This document shows positions 13,263 through 27,450 of a DNA stretch of 64,000 bases, one piece after another (the stretch's first letter is position 1; each line of letters begins with the position of its first letter). Made by a program: the position numbers and the translations under genes. This stretch comes from Octopus sinensis. Lineage: Eukaryota. The stretch is taken from contig NC_043005.1 in NCBI RefSeq assembly GCF_006345805.1, forward strand, positions 2,108,001 through 2,172,000. The letters are read 5' to 3'. Under the pieces are notes generated by a model, which ran no database searches, was not told the DNA's origin, and saw nothing but the letters and a program-made list of their open reading frames with translations.

Positions 13263-14514
13263 TTGGTTTATCCCATAAATATATCGTTTCTTTTTTTACC
13301 TCTTGTATTTTTCAAAATTAAGATAAACAAAGTTCTTTTATCATCTAAAACCTACTCTCATTCATTTTCTACAATGCTCTTCCATCTATCTTGTACACTT
13401 GCAAAACCCCTCTTCTAAAATTCATCTGTCCGTGACGAAGAATACTCCTCCAGTACTGTTCTGACCTCGTCTACAGAATTCATATTTTTTTCGTCCAAGT
13501 GATTTTGAAGACTTCGGAATAAATAGTAATCAGATGGAGCAATATCCGGCGAATATGGTGGGTGGGGCATCGTTTTCTATCCAAACAGCTCTAGGCTTTG
13601 GAAAGTCATCCTCGCTGCATGTGGCCGAGCATTATCCTGATGGAAAAACAACTTTCATTTTGAAACCGAAGATGGTCGATTTTTTTCTAGCGCTGATTTA
13701 AGCCGCTCCTTCGTTATCGATTGCTTTGGGTTTAAAAGTTCAAAGTCGACTAAACTTTTCATATCCCACCAAACAGCTAGCAACACCTATGTGGGTGAGG
13801 ACCTTCTTTAGCCTGGGGTGCCGGTATTTTTCCTTTCCTTACCCACAGTCTCAGCTCTGGGCATTTTTAGAGAGAACACATTTCTCGCCACCAGTCACTA
13901 TTCGGTCCAAAAAAGGTTCATTGGTGAGACGTGACAGCAAAGAAGAGCACACATTCACTCTCTGCGCACGATTAGACTCGGAAAGTTTGTGAGGAACCCA
14001 TGGACCCAATTTGCTGACTTTTTCGATTGCACGCAGGAGTCAATGAATGGTTGAATGACCAAATCCAAGCACCTCTCCTAGTTCCTCAACAGTTAGGACC
14101 GAATTTTGTTCCACTAAGTTTTGCAGGACGTCCTTGTCGAGCTCTACAGATCTTCCAAGACGTGGCTCGTCTTCTAGGGTGTAGTTTTCGGCTCGGAATT
14201 TCTGGAACCAGCGTTGACATTGACACTGGCTTACGCTTATTGTCCAATCTCCATATACTGCATTAATTATCCTTGCACCTTCTGTTGCGTTGTTGCCTTT
14301 ATTGAACTCATAAAGCAAAATATACCGTATATACTTCTTTGTCACTTCCATTTTAGCTTTGAAAAAGTAACATAAAATCGAACTGCACTCTTCAAACATT
14401 GCACTAAGAATAAGTAACTGCTTTTATAGATAGTTGATGCAGGTAGTTTTTCTCGCCACTCTCCCACTTCTAGTTCATACAATTAAAAAACGCATTATTT
14501 AAAGGATCACTCAA
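13263..14514 (-). mobile_element. Full-length decayed mariner (Tc1/mariner) transposon
   Basis: Imperfect TIRs flanked by TA; HTH N-terminus MEVTKKYIRYILLYEFNKG..DEPRLGRS; WVPHKL and YSPDI-like motifs in broken frames; homologous to 41984-43249. Confidence 0.9.
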
Positions 14515-14574
14515 TATATATATATATATATATATATAATTTCTTTATACAAACATATATAGGTACATACATAC

Positions 14575-15940
14575 ATATATAAAAAATTAGAAAAAAACAT
14601 CTTTTATTAATTCAAAACGAACAATTAAATTATACCATCTAGAAAATTACATATAATAGAAATATTAAAATTAAAATAACAATAAAATGTCAATGATTAA
14701 GTAAATTGCAAAAAATAATAATAAAAACGTATATAATATGTAGAATAACGAGTTTTATTTCTTATAGACGCTCAGAACTATCCTTTACGTTTATAATCTA
14801 GCGATATCTTCTCAACTAACTTAGCAACTTTCTTTTCTCCTTTTCGTTTGGATTTTGTATTATTTTGGGATTAATGTTTAACTGTGGTTAATTTTGTTAT
14901 TGATATATTAATAGGTGTCGGTTAGTTTTAGTTTGGTGTCTTCATATTAGTTTCTCCATAAGTTGTGTTTTTTCTCACATTTCTTTAATTCTTGAGACTT
15001 TATGTCTTTTCGGTTTTTTTCATATTTTTCATTGATAAAAAAGTTTTTGCCACTTTCATTGAGTATTTATTTATTCTATTTCTTTGTACTAAGTCTCCAC
15101 ACGATAAATTTTATAAACGCTATTAACTATTTTACATTAAAAATTAGTTACTCTTTCACTTCGCAAAGCTAAGTTTGAATTTTTATCGTTTCTCTATTTC
15201 ATTTGAATATTGAACCGTTGTGTGTTTGAAATTATTATTATTGTTGTTGTAATACTATTATTTATTTATAGTTTCTTGATATAATTTTTTACGTTCGATG
15301 TTGAATATGTTATCCTTAAATTGTTTTAAAAGATTTTAACGTTTTACATATTTAATTTGAGAATTAATATTGTTAGACTTTATTTCTTTTAATAATTAGA
15401 TATTATTTTCATTAAATAGTATTATTTTTAAATAAACTAGTTTTTACTTTAATATAAAGTTTATGTTTAACTTTTTTATCATGTGATATATTAAATCTAT
15501 AGATATTATTCATGGATATTAATATAACTAGTTTATATAATGGATTTGAGTATATTTGTACTATTTTATTGTATTATTCATGAATGGAATCGTATTGAAT
15601 ATAGTAATTAGACGCTAAAACATATTAATACATTTAAAATCTAGATAGATTAATCAGAATCGTTGAACTTAGTAATTTAGTTTGTTTATCAATATTAGTT
15701 AGATCTGGTTATTATTTCGAGTTTGATCGTTGTTATTATTGTTATTGTTATTGACTGGTTTTGTAGAGGACAGGTGATTGTGATTCTACATTATAGTGCA
15801 TTGTTCTTTGGTTCTAATATTTTTGCACCTTTCTTTAATTTTGGGGTTGATAGGTTTTCTTACTTTCCATTAACATATTATTCTCGCTATTATATCTTTT
15901 TATATATATTGATAGATATAAGTTACGATAGATATTAATT

Positions 15941-16035
<95 letters not shown>

Positions 16036-16655
16036 TATATATATATGTATATGTAATATAAAAATTTAAGTTAATTAGGTATTATATTATTTGATATTTA
16101 GTCAACTTTGTTATAGATTCTTATATTAAATCTATTGATACTACACATGTATATTTATTATATGGTTAGCTTATTTAAGGAGTTTGTCTATATTTGAACT
16201 ATTTCTTATTTTGATTAAAATTTAATGACTTGTACTAGCTTTGTGTATTTTATTTAATTTTAAGTTTTTAATGATTTAAGTATTATTTTATTTTTCACTT
16301 ATGTATATTTAGTATTTTCATATATATATATATATATATATTAAAGTATATTTATTAATTAATTATTTTATTGTTCTAGTTTATTTTTAACCTGATGAGT
16401 GATTATATTCATATTTATATCGAAGTGATTTCTCTACAACTAGCATCATTTCTTAAATATAGCCACGAAACACGTGTCGTTATTCTACCTATTATATACG
16501 TTTTTATTATTATTTTTTGCAAGTTACTTAATCATTGATATTTTATTGTTATTTTAATTTTAATATTTCTATTATATGTAATTTTCTAGATGGTGTAATT
16601 TAATTGTTCATTTTGAATTAAAAAAAGGTGGGGTTTTTTCTAATTATTTATATAT
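14575..16655 (-). mobile_element. Heavily AT-eroded Penelope-like element with inverted terminal arms
   Basis: Arms 14575-14751 and 16477-16655 are reverse complements. Stop-riddled minus-strand translation resembles PLE thumb and GIY-YIG regions (weak). A hammerhead lies in the right arm region. Confidence 0.55.
16388..16482 (+). ncRNA. Type I hammerhead ribozyme motif
   Basis: taac-CTGATGA-gtgattatat...atatagccac-GAAA-CACGTG-TC-gtta: canonical core, stem I taac/gtta, paired stem II, palindromic stem III, GUC cleavage triplet. Confidence 0.8.
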
Positions 16656-16711
16656 ATATTATATTGTGTGAAATTTGATTTAGTATTTCTAAATTGAATT
16701 TTATTCCCTCA

Positions 16712-16745
<34 letters not shown>

Positions 16746-18714
16746 TATATATATATATGTGTGTGTGTGTATGTGTGTGTGTGTGTGTGTGTAGTCGTGT
16801 GCTAATGTACAATACGCCATATGTAACATAAAAGTATCGGATGTGCCCGGGAAACTCTTCGCCGACCTTCTCGAAATAATAGTCGAAGATCCCTCAAACT
16901 ACACCTTGTATTCCTAAAAATGGAAGGACATATAATAATGTAGTCCTAGATATACTATGACTGTAATAAGACTGCAGCGTCTTTTGTCATTGGTGTACTT
17001 GATCTAACCTGGGGTTAAAATACCACAATATTTGTATTGAAAAAATAAGTTTTTAATTTTAATTGGGATTCGAAATCGTATCATTGAGTTGATTCACTGG
17101 AAAATTATTGCCTCCCAACGGCGTTTGGAGATATAATATTTCATATTTTGATCGTTTGTTATTTAATATGGTGAGCTATGTAAATCAAGAGTTAGGAGAC
17201 TTAGTTAGTTAGATCAATGATACAGTTTCGAATTGTCGTTAAAGTACAGTGTTCATTCGCATCCATAAGATTATAAGGATCACGTCCCTGCTTAGAAAAA
17301 ACTAAAAAAAATTATGTTTCATTCATTTTTAATGTACAAGCTTCCCTTTGACAAGAGTTTCATTCAATGTTTTTCTCTCTATTGACTTCATAGCCGGTTT
17401 ATACCATAAGACCCTATCCACAGAGTAGGAAGGGTAAGGATACATCACGTCCTGCTGAAAACCCCGATATATTTGCTAACAACTGTCTTTTCCCTTAATG
17501 TTCTCTGTAAATTCTCATTATTTCTCCAAAAACCTTCAGATTTTTTTATTCTGTTTTCCTCTTGTCGTTCATTTAGGATGTCTCAAGCCCTCCTTCCATC
17601 GTTCTGAATCTGTCATCTCAGTCTTCTCCGTCTTCCAGAAGTAAGCCTCCCTTCTCAAGTTCTGCGTACCTTCGACTGGATTCCCCTTTTATGTTGGTGG
17701 TTTTCTTCTATTTTGTCTTCGAAACTGCCAAACTTCGAAACTTTACGCTCCACATTTTGCTGCCGCAAAACAATGAGGTGGAACTACGAGTTGTGACCAA
17801 AGAAAGGAACTTCTGGTCATCGATGCTTTGTTCTCAGGACGAGACTTATTTTTCGACCGTCTTCGGAGCCACAGCTGTTGGTGTTACGGGATGTAATATT
17901 ATTGAAACAACAGCCTCCTAGACCAGCTACATTTGTGGATACCTTTAGGACAGATCGCCACTAACAAACCTATCTTTAGGACAAATATTCGCAAGTGCAC
18001 CTCCACTGTTATGGCATTTCGTTCAACGAGGCGAAACTCCGGAACAGCCCACAGTGAAGTTTAACTCTGAAGTTGCTTGATACTCTGCACTCATTAGGAA
18101 CTGTGTAGCCGTAAAACATTCCTCAACCACTTTTCGTTCTCGGCCACTTTCATACTTGCTACCCATCCACCACAAATGCACCACAAACACAATGAAAACA
18201 ATCCCAGGGTTAATGTCATTACCAGTATCTTTAGGTTTTGTGTTCCATTGTATGATGTATGCTGGAACGAATTGGTATTTCTGGGCGATAATGGACCCAA
18301 ATTGGCCCCAGGTTTGCCAGCCTCGTCTTTTGCTTCCATTATTCCTTATATGATTCTACAGTTTTTCTTACTCTACAGTTGTTACGGTATTCAACACATG
18401 AGGCTAGGCATGAAGTTCACATTTCCTCTTTCGACGACTCAACATTTTCCCGTCTTCCCCAGGCAAAAGTTTCTTTCCATCATCATTCGAGGGAGCACTT
18501 TTGCACTGATGTGCCTTCTCTTGATATACATACATAAATTTCACACACACGCACGCACACATACACACAAATACACGCACAAACATACACACATACATAT
18601 ATATGAATGTATATATATATATATATATATACATTCATATATTGTTCATGTGTGCGTGTGTGTGTATTTATATATGTATATATGTATATATGTATATGCA
18701 TATATATATGTATG

Positions 18715-18746
<32 letters not shown>

Positions 18747-18758
18747 TATAATATATAT

Positions 18759-18835
<77 letters not shown>

Positions 18836-18848
18836 GCATATATATATG

Positions 18849-18882
<34 letters not shown>

Positions 18883-18884
18883 AT

Positions 18885-18915
<31 letters not shown>

Positions 18916-19415
18916 ATCTTTATCTACCAATGCGGTGTTGAGCACTCATTTTCAATGCTTGATATATTTACGTATGTGTGTGCGTGTGTGTGTGTTTGTG
19001 TGTGTGTATGTGTGTGTGCATGCACGCATGTGTATATGTGTGTGCGTGTGTGTGTGCAGATTTTGTTTAGATGTATGCGCTTATATACATGCTACGAAAT
19101 ATATAATACAGCTGTATATTCACAAATCAATGCAGATAAAGAAATCCAGCTCATCAGATCAGCAGAACATCATGGCTACCCCAATGCTTCAACTCTAATC
19201 ATATTTACGAAGACTACTTCTAATGATCTGACGAATAGCTTTTTTTCTCATCTGCAATTGTACTGTATAATGCGCGGCATGTATATTTGTGCAGACATGG
19301 AAAAATAATTTATTGTGCACTTAAATTATTATCACATGAAGGCTGCGAAACGGCCGAAACCCTAAGGATGGCCAGTGATTTGATAAATATAGTCACTTCC
19401 TATACCTCATGATGT

Positions 19416-19447
<32 letters not shown>

Positions 19448-21989
19448 TGTATGTATGTATGTATGTATGTATCTATCTATCTATCTATCTATGTACGTAC
19501 GTATATTCGTATGTATATATATGCATGTATGTATGTTTAAGTACATTTATATGTATATGTGTGTATGTGTCATATTACCATACTTCTGTATAGTCTTTAT
19601 TCTTTAGTCCTACCCAGCACCTTATCTCAGTCACTGATATCGGTACATCAAAGAAATATATTTTCAATCAGTTCATGTTAATTAAATATACAATAGTTGA
19701 AAGAAAATTTTTCACTATTTTTAGTGCATGCGCATCAGATTGAAAGAGAGATTAACCATTTGTAGTGTTAAAATTAAACATGAAATAAATTAAAAAACAT
19801 ATCCAGAAAGAGAAACGAAACAACTTTTCTTTTTATTATTTGTATACTTGACAAGGTTTCGAGAAATTTGCAGTTGACTTTTGTATTAAATAAAATATTT
19901 TTGTTAAACTTTAAAACATTTCATTTTCGGCTGATCAATGCCAATATATTATCTTTTAACTAATGTTGAGGAAGTGGAGAGTGGTGAATCAGAAATAATG
20001 AAGCACAGTGCTAATGTTGTGTGGGATGGAGTTTACAACCTTACAACACACGAACTGATTTCTTCGTGTCGACTTTGTTTTTTCACTACTTTTAGATCTG
20101 TCATATACTCGGGGCGATTAAATTTAATATATTTGTTCTCCACAAATTTGTGATTTTGTTACAAGTCAAAAATCTTTAATTATTTTGACAGAAAAACAAT
20201 TCCCCAAAATCATGACTATAAAGTATATATCCACATAAATACATAATCATAAACACAAAAGTGTATATTCACGCATAAGCCAGCATCATAAATACACACA
20301 TATATATATCTACACGTAAGCCGCACGAATATTTTTCGTGACGGTTTTCACTAAACTACATATGAAAGGAATGAAATATACAATTTCCTACCGTATCAAC
20401 TGTGGATATCTCCAATTCTTCAAACATAATCAATTTTGGTTCATTTCCCTGATTTTGTTGTCTTATTAGTGTTTACCAAAGATCCTTGGGGAGGCGTAGA
20501 TGTCTGTTGTATTTCATATCTCTCTTCAACTTCATTATCCATCTAATAACGTTATTACTTTCCAATATAGATGCTGTGTTCTTATCTCTGATGGCAATGC
20601 TATTATTACAAGAGGGGTTTCCCTGGTTTTAGATCCTAAATTCTTTTTTTTTCTACTTGAAATATATTTTCGCTTTGATCGATGTTGAAACTCTGGGTAG
20701 TTTTTCGATTGTTTAGAACCTTTTCGTTAAATCTGTGGAATGACCAATTCTAAAAGTCGACGGCACGGCTGAGAAAAGGCGTTAAAGAAGATGTATTAAA
20801 TATGTTAATTGTATGATGTGAAATGGAGAAACCATGCATTTTCCTTCTCTTTTAATATCTTCATAGGACCAATACACAGGGTATTTTCCCCTATACTTTT
20901 AGCTCATGAAATTTCATCCCAAGAGTTATAGAGAGTTGAACTATAAAATAGATTTTCTTGCTGATATACGCTCCATACTTCTTCAGGTGTTTGACCAAGT
21001 ACAAATGTAAGTGAATTGTGCATTTTATTTAATTAATTCAAAGGGCGAAACCAAACAGCTGCAATTATAAGCTGTGGCTCCACGGTTTGGATTTTTGATC
21101 AAGTAAATTGCCGGATTAAAGTGGTTTGGTTTTGCTTCATTGTGTTTTGGTTATTGCTCAGTATCAACCACTGAGTAGCAATCACAAGGGATTCTGGGAT
21201 TGAGCTAATTCCTAACCTAAGAGGATTCATACATCTAGTACACTCTACACTGTTTCCTGATAGTTTAACTACATTCAGAGAAGTTCTCGAAAAATTTTAC
21301 AGCTTTTTCGTTCAAGCTGTTCTCTACGTTCTCAAACATTCTTCTTTTCCCGTATATGGTCAAGTGTTACGTTATCTTTGCTAGCAAAATCGACTTTATA
21401 AAAACATGCCTTATATTTTTCAAACAATTCGGAAGTTACTCTTAATCTCTGTGACAACTATTTGGGGAGTTCGTAAACATAAGGTGAGCACAAATTTGAA
21501 AAGACCGTACATATTCTTTTCTTAAACTTGGATTATATAATAATCCAATTATATCACATAACTCGATATCCTCAAGCAGAACAATAGTTCGTTATAAGAT
21601 TTGGGCCAAAGGATTTTCGAATTGAAACTCTTAATAGAACGTTTTCCAGTGCGGTGCCTGTTCTTGTGTCAATTGGCACCAATGGAGAATAAAGTCACTT
21701 TTCAGCCCACAACGAAGGATTTTCATTGGAATTTAGACATCATCTATGTATGTATGTATGTATGTATGTATGTATGTATGTATGTATGTATGTATGTATG
21801 TATGTATGTATGTATGTATGTATGTATGTATGTGTATGTATGTATGTATGTATGTATGTATGCATGTGTGTGTATGCGTTCATGCATGCATGTATGTATC
21901 TGTTTTATGTACACACATATTTGCATGTCTATACATGTGTATATATATATCTACTACAGGCAAAACGTCTGTAATGTTTTACATATGTA

Positions 21990-23010
21990 AACGTTTCTAT
22001 TAATGGTTAGCAATCACAGTTTCATAATTAACCATTTACTTTTTGATTTTCTGATGTCTTTCTTCTCAACATGGCTACTGAGAGAGTTAGTTATAAAGAA
22101 GTATTTCGGAATATTATAACTTTAAATTCATAAACCAGGTGGTGCTATCTTTACATTCATTTTTAGCTCAGGAAATTAATTTTCTTTTTCTTCAACTTTA
22201 AATGTATATCAGAGAGTCAATTCGTTTCTACTTGTCAGCTCACTTTCCTTTCTTCTCAACATTGTTATATCAGGTCTATTGGGCTTACATTTTACAAAGG
22301 TTCTGGCAGGAACATTCCACAAGTATTTTTATTTTCATTTAAGGATCTGTCGTCTTCGTCACTCTAACTTATATTTTGAGCTTCTGAAATCTCATTGCAA
22401 AGAATCGCATTGTATTGCGTTTTAACAACGACGTCATAGGTAGATAAGTGTTTTAGTAATGTTTGTAGCTTTTATTGACCCCCAAATACTCTCTAGTTTG
22501 GTTAGCTATGTAACTGGTGCTTTGGAGTATTCTAACAGTAATTCCTGATACCCTCTTATGATAAAACTGTGAAACTTCTCTGGCTGCGTATCTTTGGTTA
22601 TTAGTCAAAGAATTCCAAGGAGCCTTTTTCTCTAATTATCATGATACTGTATATAAACTTGATCCCAGGTTTCACGTCAACATTTGGTGACAGAAGATAA
22701 TGTCGAGGGTATATGATGCGATACACAAAGACCACATGTTAAGCGCCTGTTTCATTGAGTCCAGCTAAGGTAGGCTATTCAAGTGCATTTTTAATAGAGA
22801 AGGTGGAATGGTTTATGGCTTTCTCTCTTTTTAAAGCGAGGTCGACACATTGATCCTGACCAAACTCCATCCTTGTGGCTTTTGAGAATGCCGTAACCAG
22901 CTCAAGACTCTTGTAGATCCATTAATAGTTTTGACATGTACTTTCCGCTCGTTGACAAAAGGCTATGAGTCTTGATGGTGTTTCCATCTTCCCCTAGAAC
23001 TAATCATATT
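21990..23010 (-). mobile_element. Highly decayed REL-endonuclease LINE
   Basis: Manual translation gives TAFSKATRMEFGQDQC (RT motif 6-like, about 22850-22910) and YLWNVPARTFVKCKPNRPDIT (REL, about 22260-22330). Confidence 0.6.
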
Positions 23011-24604
23011 CTTAAGATTTCCTCAAATGGTTTAGTAAAAATATAAACAGCATCAAAGAGGGAGAGAAAGAGAGAGAGAGAAATTTCAGGACAGCGGCGC
23101 AAAACGAAGCCAGCTTGACTGTGGCCTTCCCTTCTAGTCTCTGTGATTTTAACGAAGTGAAGGGTTTCTTGCATTCACATCTGATTATAAGAATCGAATT
23201 CTTCTTGTGATCCACCCAGCCCCTGACTACAATTCCTTTCAATATCAAAGTTCTGTTAATTAGAGGTCGCTCGGAAAATTTCTAAACTTCTTTTGTTGTT
23301 CTGATATTTCGCCCGTGGAGGAAGAACCTTCGCGCTGGCTGTATAATTTTTTTTTACATTCAATTCCACATTGTAATCACACAGGAGTTCTTCATTCTTA
23401 GAATGGTAGTTTTTATTTTATTCGACTTATTTTTGCCGTATCTTTCTACCTCTTTGATAGAATACTGATCAAAATCTCAATATGTCATATGTGTGTATAC
23501 ATTGATGCAGTTATGTATATAAGCCTAAGTGTATGTATAGAGGTGTGCATGTAATATAATGCATGAATGCATGTGCGTCGATGCAGAAGTACATACACAG
23601 TTCATGCTGAACCTTTTTAGTTTATTAGCTTGAGTTTCCCAAAGAAACTAAAAAAATCTCAAAGATAATAACTGTCCCGCGTCTCTGAAACAAAGACACA
23701 CAGACACATATACAGTAATGAAGCACACATACATACTTGTGGACTAAACTGACAGCGACACTCATTATAGCCATCCATCAATCCATACTTTCATACATAC
23801 AAACATCAATCCATAAATCCATCCATCCATCCATCCATCCATACATATGTACATACATGCATACATACATGCACACATACATACATGCATACATACATAC
23901 ATGCATACGTACATCCATCCATCCATACATACACACATACACACACATATACATATATACATACACACTCACATACACACTCACATACATACATACATAC
24001 ATACTACATACATACATACATACATACATACATACATTACATACATACATACATACATACATAAATCCATACATACATATCCAATCTCTCTCTCTGTACA
24101 AACCATTTCCTGGCCCTTGTAACGGTTGCACTTTTGTCAGTTGAAGTGAGATGTCAGTTGAAGTGAGATGTCAATTTACAGGCTGATGTCTTCTGTTTAC
24201 CGATGTCTTCTCTTTACCGATGGTTCAGTATTTAACGGCAGATGAAGCTTGTTTACTTATCGTTGTTTCAATGTTTACCAACTCATGCAACAGTTTAGTG
24301 TTTGATCTCGACGCTACCACATGAAACATTTCTATTGATTGCAGACACTTCAAGTATTCCGCATTGATATATTCTCATCGACCCCTTCGCCACATCCGTT
24401 ACATCTCAAATCGACGGATTTTCATTATCAGCAAATTGCAGATAATGAAGTATTTAATCTATAAATCATTAGGCCTTTATTAAAATATTATCAAGAGTCG
24501 TGCGGTGAGTCAATGTTGTTGCTGTTGTATTTGTTTAACCGTGGGTCATTGAAAGAGGATACCAGTGATCAGTGGGGGACATCCGACTTTGTTTATTTGC
24601 CATA

Positions 24605-24890
24605 CGAGGAATACCAGTGATAGGTCTGATCAAAAAGTATCGGGACTGATGCTATAAAAAGAAATATTACAACACATATCAACCCGGCATTTAATCCCCA
24701 CTCGAAGTAAACCTTTCTGAAACCACCCTCTTTATCCAGCGTCGTTTCCATTCATGGAAGCATTCCTGGAACTTCTTTTGGGGGCTAGCGAGCGGTTGCC
24801 TCATCGCATTGTCTTGGATTTCCTCGGCGTCTTTTCGAGTGGGATTTGATTTTTGGAAAGAGTCTTGGCCGTAAAAACCGACAAGCCGTT
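24605..24890 (-). mobile_element. Mariner 3' end fragment of a different family
   Basis: C-terminus FQECFHEWKRRWIKRVVSERFTSSGD in ORF 24691-24975; TIR-like (ta)cgagg...tctgatcaaaaagtatcggga. Confidence 0.7.
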
Positions 24891-25059
24891 TCGCTTTCCA
24901 CGCAGACACACACTTACACACACATACAAACACAGGGACGCACACACGCACACATATGCACAGACACAAACACACACACGACCGTACAGATACGGATATT
25001 TAAAATACGAATATACATAAACTCTAATCAAGTGCGTTCAGGGCTACTTTCATTCGTTT

Positions 25060-25163
<104 letters not shown>

Positions 25164-25216
25164 ATCTATCTATCTATTTATCTAGCTTGCTATCTATCTA
25201 TCAATGCATATATTAT

Positions 25217-25252
<36 letters not shown>

Positions 25253-26246
25253 GTAAATATCTACATGTATGTATGTATATAATGTGTGTGCGCGTGTGTG
25301 TAGGGGAGTAAAATTCATGGACAACATTTAACAAAACAAAATTATTAAGGAAACGTTAAAAACCCTTTTTTCTGACGTTACTAGTTGTCCTGAAACCTAA
25401 AATCTAAAGATTTTAAAGATTCCAATGTCAGATGATGCAAAGTTAAATAAAGAATAATTCTGTTTCGTTTTCTACCTATTTCTGTTTCTCCGTTACGACT
25501 CGATATGTTTATTCCCATATCTGAAGTTTTATTACTGTTAAAATATCAGGTTGTAATTCATACTCTTCTTCCCGGCTTTCATTTATGGTAAAGGCAGCGA
25601 TTATCGATTAACGTGGAAGCTATTTCGATCAATACCACCTGCAAACTTTTTTCTAGCGTCTAATCAAGGAATCTAAAAGTTGCTTTTGCTTCTAGTATTC
25701 TAGGCTATTGTATATTGGTAGACGTTCTTTTGGTTTGATGAAAAAAATGTTCAATCAGGACATAATCCTTGCAATAAGGACGCGATATATCTATAGAAAT
25801 CCCAAGATATTTCCAGCATTAATCATCAAAAACATGTAAATTAAGAGAATTGACTCATTAGTTTTACTGTCGAGTTGAATTCTATCTCAAAGTCCTGTCA
25901 ACATGAAGTATGTTGTTATGTTTTGTATGCACTACAGAATCGGTAACTTATCAATATTCTCCTGGTGTCATTTCGTTGCTGTTCTTGCTAGCAGTTGAAA
26001 TTTATATTCTCAATTTATTTTGTTATTGTTGTTGTTGTTGTTGTTGTCATTGCTTCGTGACAAGTTGTTTGGCAATGTTACTACTCTTCCTCACGAAATG
26101 AAACCTTTCTCGAATAGACAGCAGCGATGGGAAGTAAAAACATTTCCCACCAAAATAATCAAATAATACAAACTAAAGAATAAAACTGAAAAATTGGTAG
26201 AGAAGATTCTGAGTGTAATATGCAGAATTTTAGTAGACTATTAAAT

Positions 26247-26277
<31 letters not shown>

Positions 26278-27030
26278 ACCCCACAAACTCTACCTAATTA
26301 GACCATCTTCCGATATATGCTCCAGGTAAATTGGTTTAACTGGAAATGAAACCAGTCGATCTTTACCAATTTGCTGTCATTCATTAAAAATGCCACTATT
26401 TGCAAAAGTACCCAAAGTGTTTTAATTTCACAGTTACTCAAGTATTTTTTAAAAATTTGCTCATATACGGGTTGTCTAAACGAGTCGTCAATAAAAGGAA
26501 GTTGTTTGCTCTCTCAACTGATTGTTATATCAGTTCTCATGAATCTTTGGTTGGGGATTACGAAAATATTTGATTAACGCTTTAGAGATTCAGGCTTCTG
26601 TCCATTTTAAATTTCTTCTTAAATTTTGTCGCAAAGATATCATACAATAAAAACCTTGATTACAATACAGGATTATTATGTTCATTATTTTATTAAGAAT
26701 CATTACCATATTTACCATGTGAGATTTTAGAAACTTTGCTAATGTCCTTTCCATTCAATTCCGCAGTTGCTTTGATTGTCCTTTGACAAAATTAAGAAAC
26801 ATTTTTATTCTCCAAAATTTGGCAATCCTCAAAGACAATTTTATAAAGTGGGCTTTTTTTGCCTAGACTAAAATTTGGATTTAGAAAATAATGTTTGATG
26901 GAAATGGGACAACCCTATACTTGAAGCACAATTAGTGTGAAACTCCGATCTATAATATAATGAACTTATTGTACACAATGTTCAGGTGCACTACAACTCA
27001 TTGGAAAAAGTGTATGTATATACGTATGTA

Positions 27031-27081
<51 letters not shown>

Positions 27082-27085
<4 letters not shown>

Positions 27086-27229
27086 AGAGTTTACGAAAAA
27101 ACAAAAGACGAAGGCAGGTGGTGTACAAAACAAACAGATGTATTAGTATAATGCTCAGGAATAGAAAAGTCTTTTACGTTTCGAGCCTACGCTCTTCTAT
27201 AGAAAGGGACACAGAAAAAACAAAGAGAG

Positions 27230-27230
<1 letters not shown>
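27082..27230 (-). mobile_element. PLE-type terminal-repeat fragment, same family as 57085-57250
   Basis: Shares gaagagcgtaggctcgaaacgt..aaagacttt and the downstream ttatactaataca...caccacctg(t/c)cttcgtctttt. Confidence 0.7.
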
Positions 27231-27288
<58 letters not shown>

Positions 27289-27357
27289 ATATATGCATAT
27301 GTATGTATGCATGTATGTATGGAAAGAGAATATGTAACAAGGATGTCAAAGTATTAG

Positions 27358-27450
27358 TGCATTACCACCGTTTCAGGCAGCTCCATTTAATCGAACAATG
27401 CAAGCGCAAGCACTATATCAGTTTGAAATACACCGCTTTCTTCGGATGCA
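27358..27450 (-). ncRNA. Degenerate type I hammerhead motif
   Basis: Reverse complement reads tgcat-CCGAAGA-aagcg...tgcct-GAAA-CGGTGG-TA-atgca: 5-bp stem I, core with U4C change, stem III a mutated CGATCG palindrome (intact version at 40958). Confidence 0.6.

Noticed and set aside
25300-26920. Possible Tc1-like remnants (gggacaaccctata terminus); similar hints at 54480-55250 and RTE-like hints at 43700-44200
   Set aside because: Motifs too degenerate to delimit or classify.
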